Origin: a virus
Reading direction: 5' to 3' (one strand)
Virus record (IMG/VR): IMGVR_UViG_3300032053_011398
Length of the DNA stretch: 64,000 nt
The position numbers were made by a program, and so were the translations under genes. Under the pieces are notes generated by a model. It saw only the letters and a list, made by a program, of their open reading frames with translations. It made no database searches and was not told where the DNA came from. Shown here piece by piece: positions 63,145-64,000 of the stretch (positions within the stretch are counted from its first letter, which is position 1; every line of letters starts with the position of its first letter).

Positions 63145-64000
63145 TCAGTCGGGTTTGATAGTGGATAACTTAATGAGCTTGGGCGCTCGGCTTTCCACAG
63201 CATCGAAACGCTCAAGAATTTTTTCGTGGGTTACGGCCAAATGACAGTGGCAGATCGTCTGGCTCTCGCCCATCGGGCAACGGTTATGCGGGAACTGCGC
63301 CCAGGCGTAGCAAGGGCTATGACGGCAGGCTCCCTGTTCCCAAATGGCCGTGTCCATGTATTCCTTGTCGTAGCCGAGACGGACACCGGGATCATGACTG
63401 CCCCACAGGGACACGCAGGGAGTGCGGAGCGCCTGAGCGATGTAGAGCGTGGCCGAATCCAGGCTCAAACAACAATTTGCCCTGGAGATCAATTGCATCA
63501 GGTTGCGGAGCTGAGTCTTGCCGCAGAGGTTGGCTACCCGCCCCGCGCTCACCAAATCACGATCTACGGTGCCTATGAAGTCACCTGCCGACATGTCCGT
63601 CGTGGGCATCCGGTCTCGGAGCGCCCCCACGACCAGCACCGGGCGGCGTTCTGCCAGGCATTGAATCGTGCTCAGCATCGTCTGATACGAGGTCGAACGA
63701 AGGGAACTATTGGAAAAGGGCGCGACCACGTAGTAGCCGGTATGGCGCAAGTCCAGATGAAGCCGCGTGTTCTGGAAAACCCAGTAGAAGAAATCGTCGA
63801 GGGTCTTGGTCTCGCTGTCGGCGATCCGCGCATACGGACGTTTGAATCGGGCATCGACCGTTGTCGGGTCGATGCCCAGGCTGGCGTAGAGGGAATCGTA
63901 AACATTTAGCTGATCCGCCTCCTCATTGTATTCGGTCACGCTGTCGATGAACCAGTGGTAGTCGTATTGCGGCAGATCGTCATAGAGCACTGGACCGACC
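63145..64000 (-). CDS. Glycosyltransferase family 9 (heptosyltransferase-like), 5'-truncated
   Basis: NLCGKTQLRNLMQLISRANCCLSLDSATLYIAQALRTPCVSLWG. Confidence 0.85.
   Translation of the reverse strand, partial: VGPVLYDDLPQYDYHWFIDSVTEYNEEADQLNVYDSLYASLGIDPTTVDARFKRPYARIADSETKTLDDFFYWVFQNTRLHLDLRHTGYYVVAPFSNSSLRSTSYQTMLSTIQCLAERRPVLVVGALRDRMPTTDMSAGDFIGTVDRDLVSAGRVANLCGKTQLRNLMQLISRANCCLSLDSATLYIAQALRTPCVSLWGSHDPGVRLGYDKEYMDTAIWEQGACRHSPCYAWAQFPHNRCPMGESQTICHCHLAVTHEKILERFDAVESRAPKLIKLSTIKPD

Noticed and set aside
1-64000. Many long alternative-frame or antisense ORFs in the track (e.g. 227..889, 26288..27430, 45604..46764, 48964..50292, 59873..61006)
   Set aside because: They are shadows of real genes on the opposite strand, as expected in GC-rich DNA, and show no recognisable motifs.
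1-64000. Stop-codon reassignment
   Set aside because: Standard code gives full-length conserved proteins and dense packing. TAA, TAG and TGA all end genes.

Overview
This 64 kb window is a segment of a large, GC-rich lytic myovirus with T4-type morphogenesis genes, probably jumbo-sized. I saw no host genes, integrase, tRNA, rRNA or CRISPR. Head genes: portal (truncated at the left edge), major capsid protein, a prohead protease-scaffold fusion and several likely internal head proteins. Tail genes: sheath, tube, tape measure, neck and terminator, baseplate hub and spike, and a 1396-aa fibre with a phosphodiester-glycosidase tip. Replication and recombination genes: primase, 5'-3' exonuclease, SbcC/SbcD, RecA/UvsX, gp32-like SSB, UvsY-like and HU. 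Also present are two adjacent sigma-factor-like genes, a tandem GroES, a glycan-modification module, five free-standing HNH endonucleases and a LAGLIDADG intein. The most notable sequence-level signals are: (i) three promoter-like motif classes (sigma70 TTGACA-N17-TANNNT, CGTTCT and GTAGWTA) lying a few bases before start codons, which sort by gene class and match the two phage sigma factors; (ii) a pseudo-palindromic TGTAAACA motif found 18 times across the window; (iii) a likely head protein whose Tat-like signal would be exposed only by prohead-protease cleavage; (iv) a candidate +1 frameshift in the baseplate-hub chaperone; (v) a glycosyl-, methyl- and sulfotransferase module translationally coupled to tail genes. 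All family assignments come from motif recognition by eye, not database searches.
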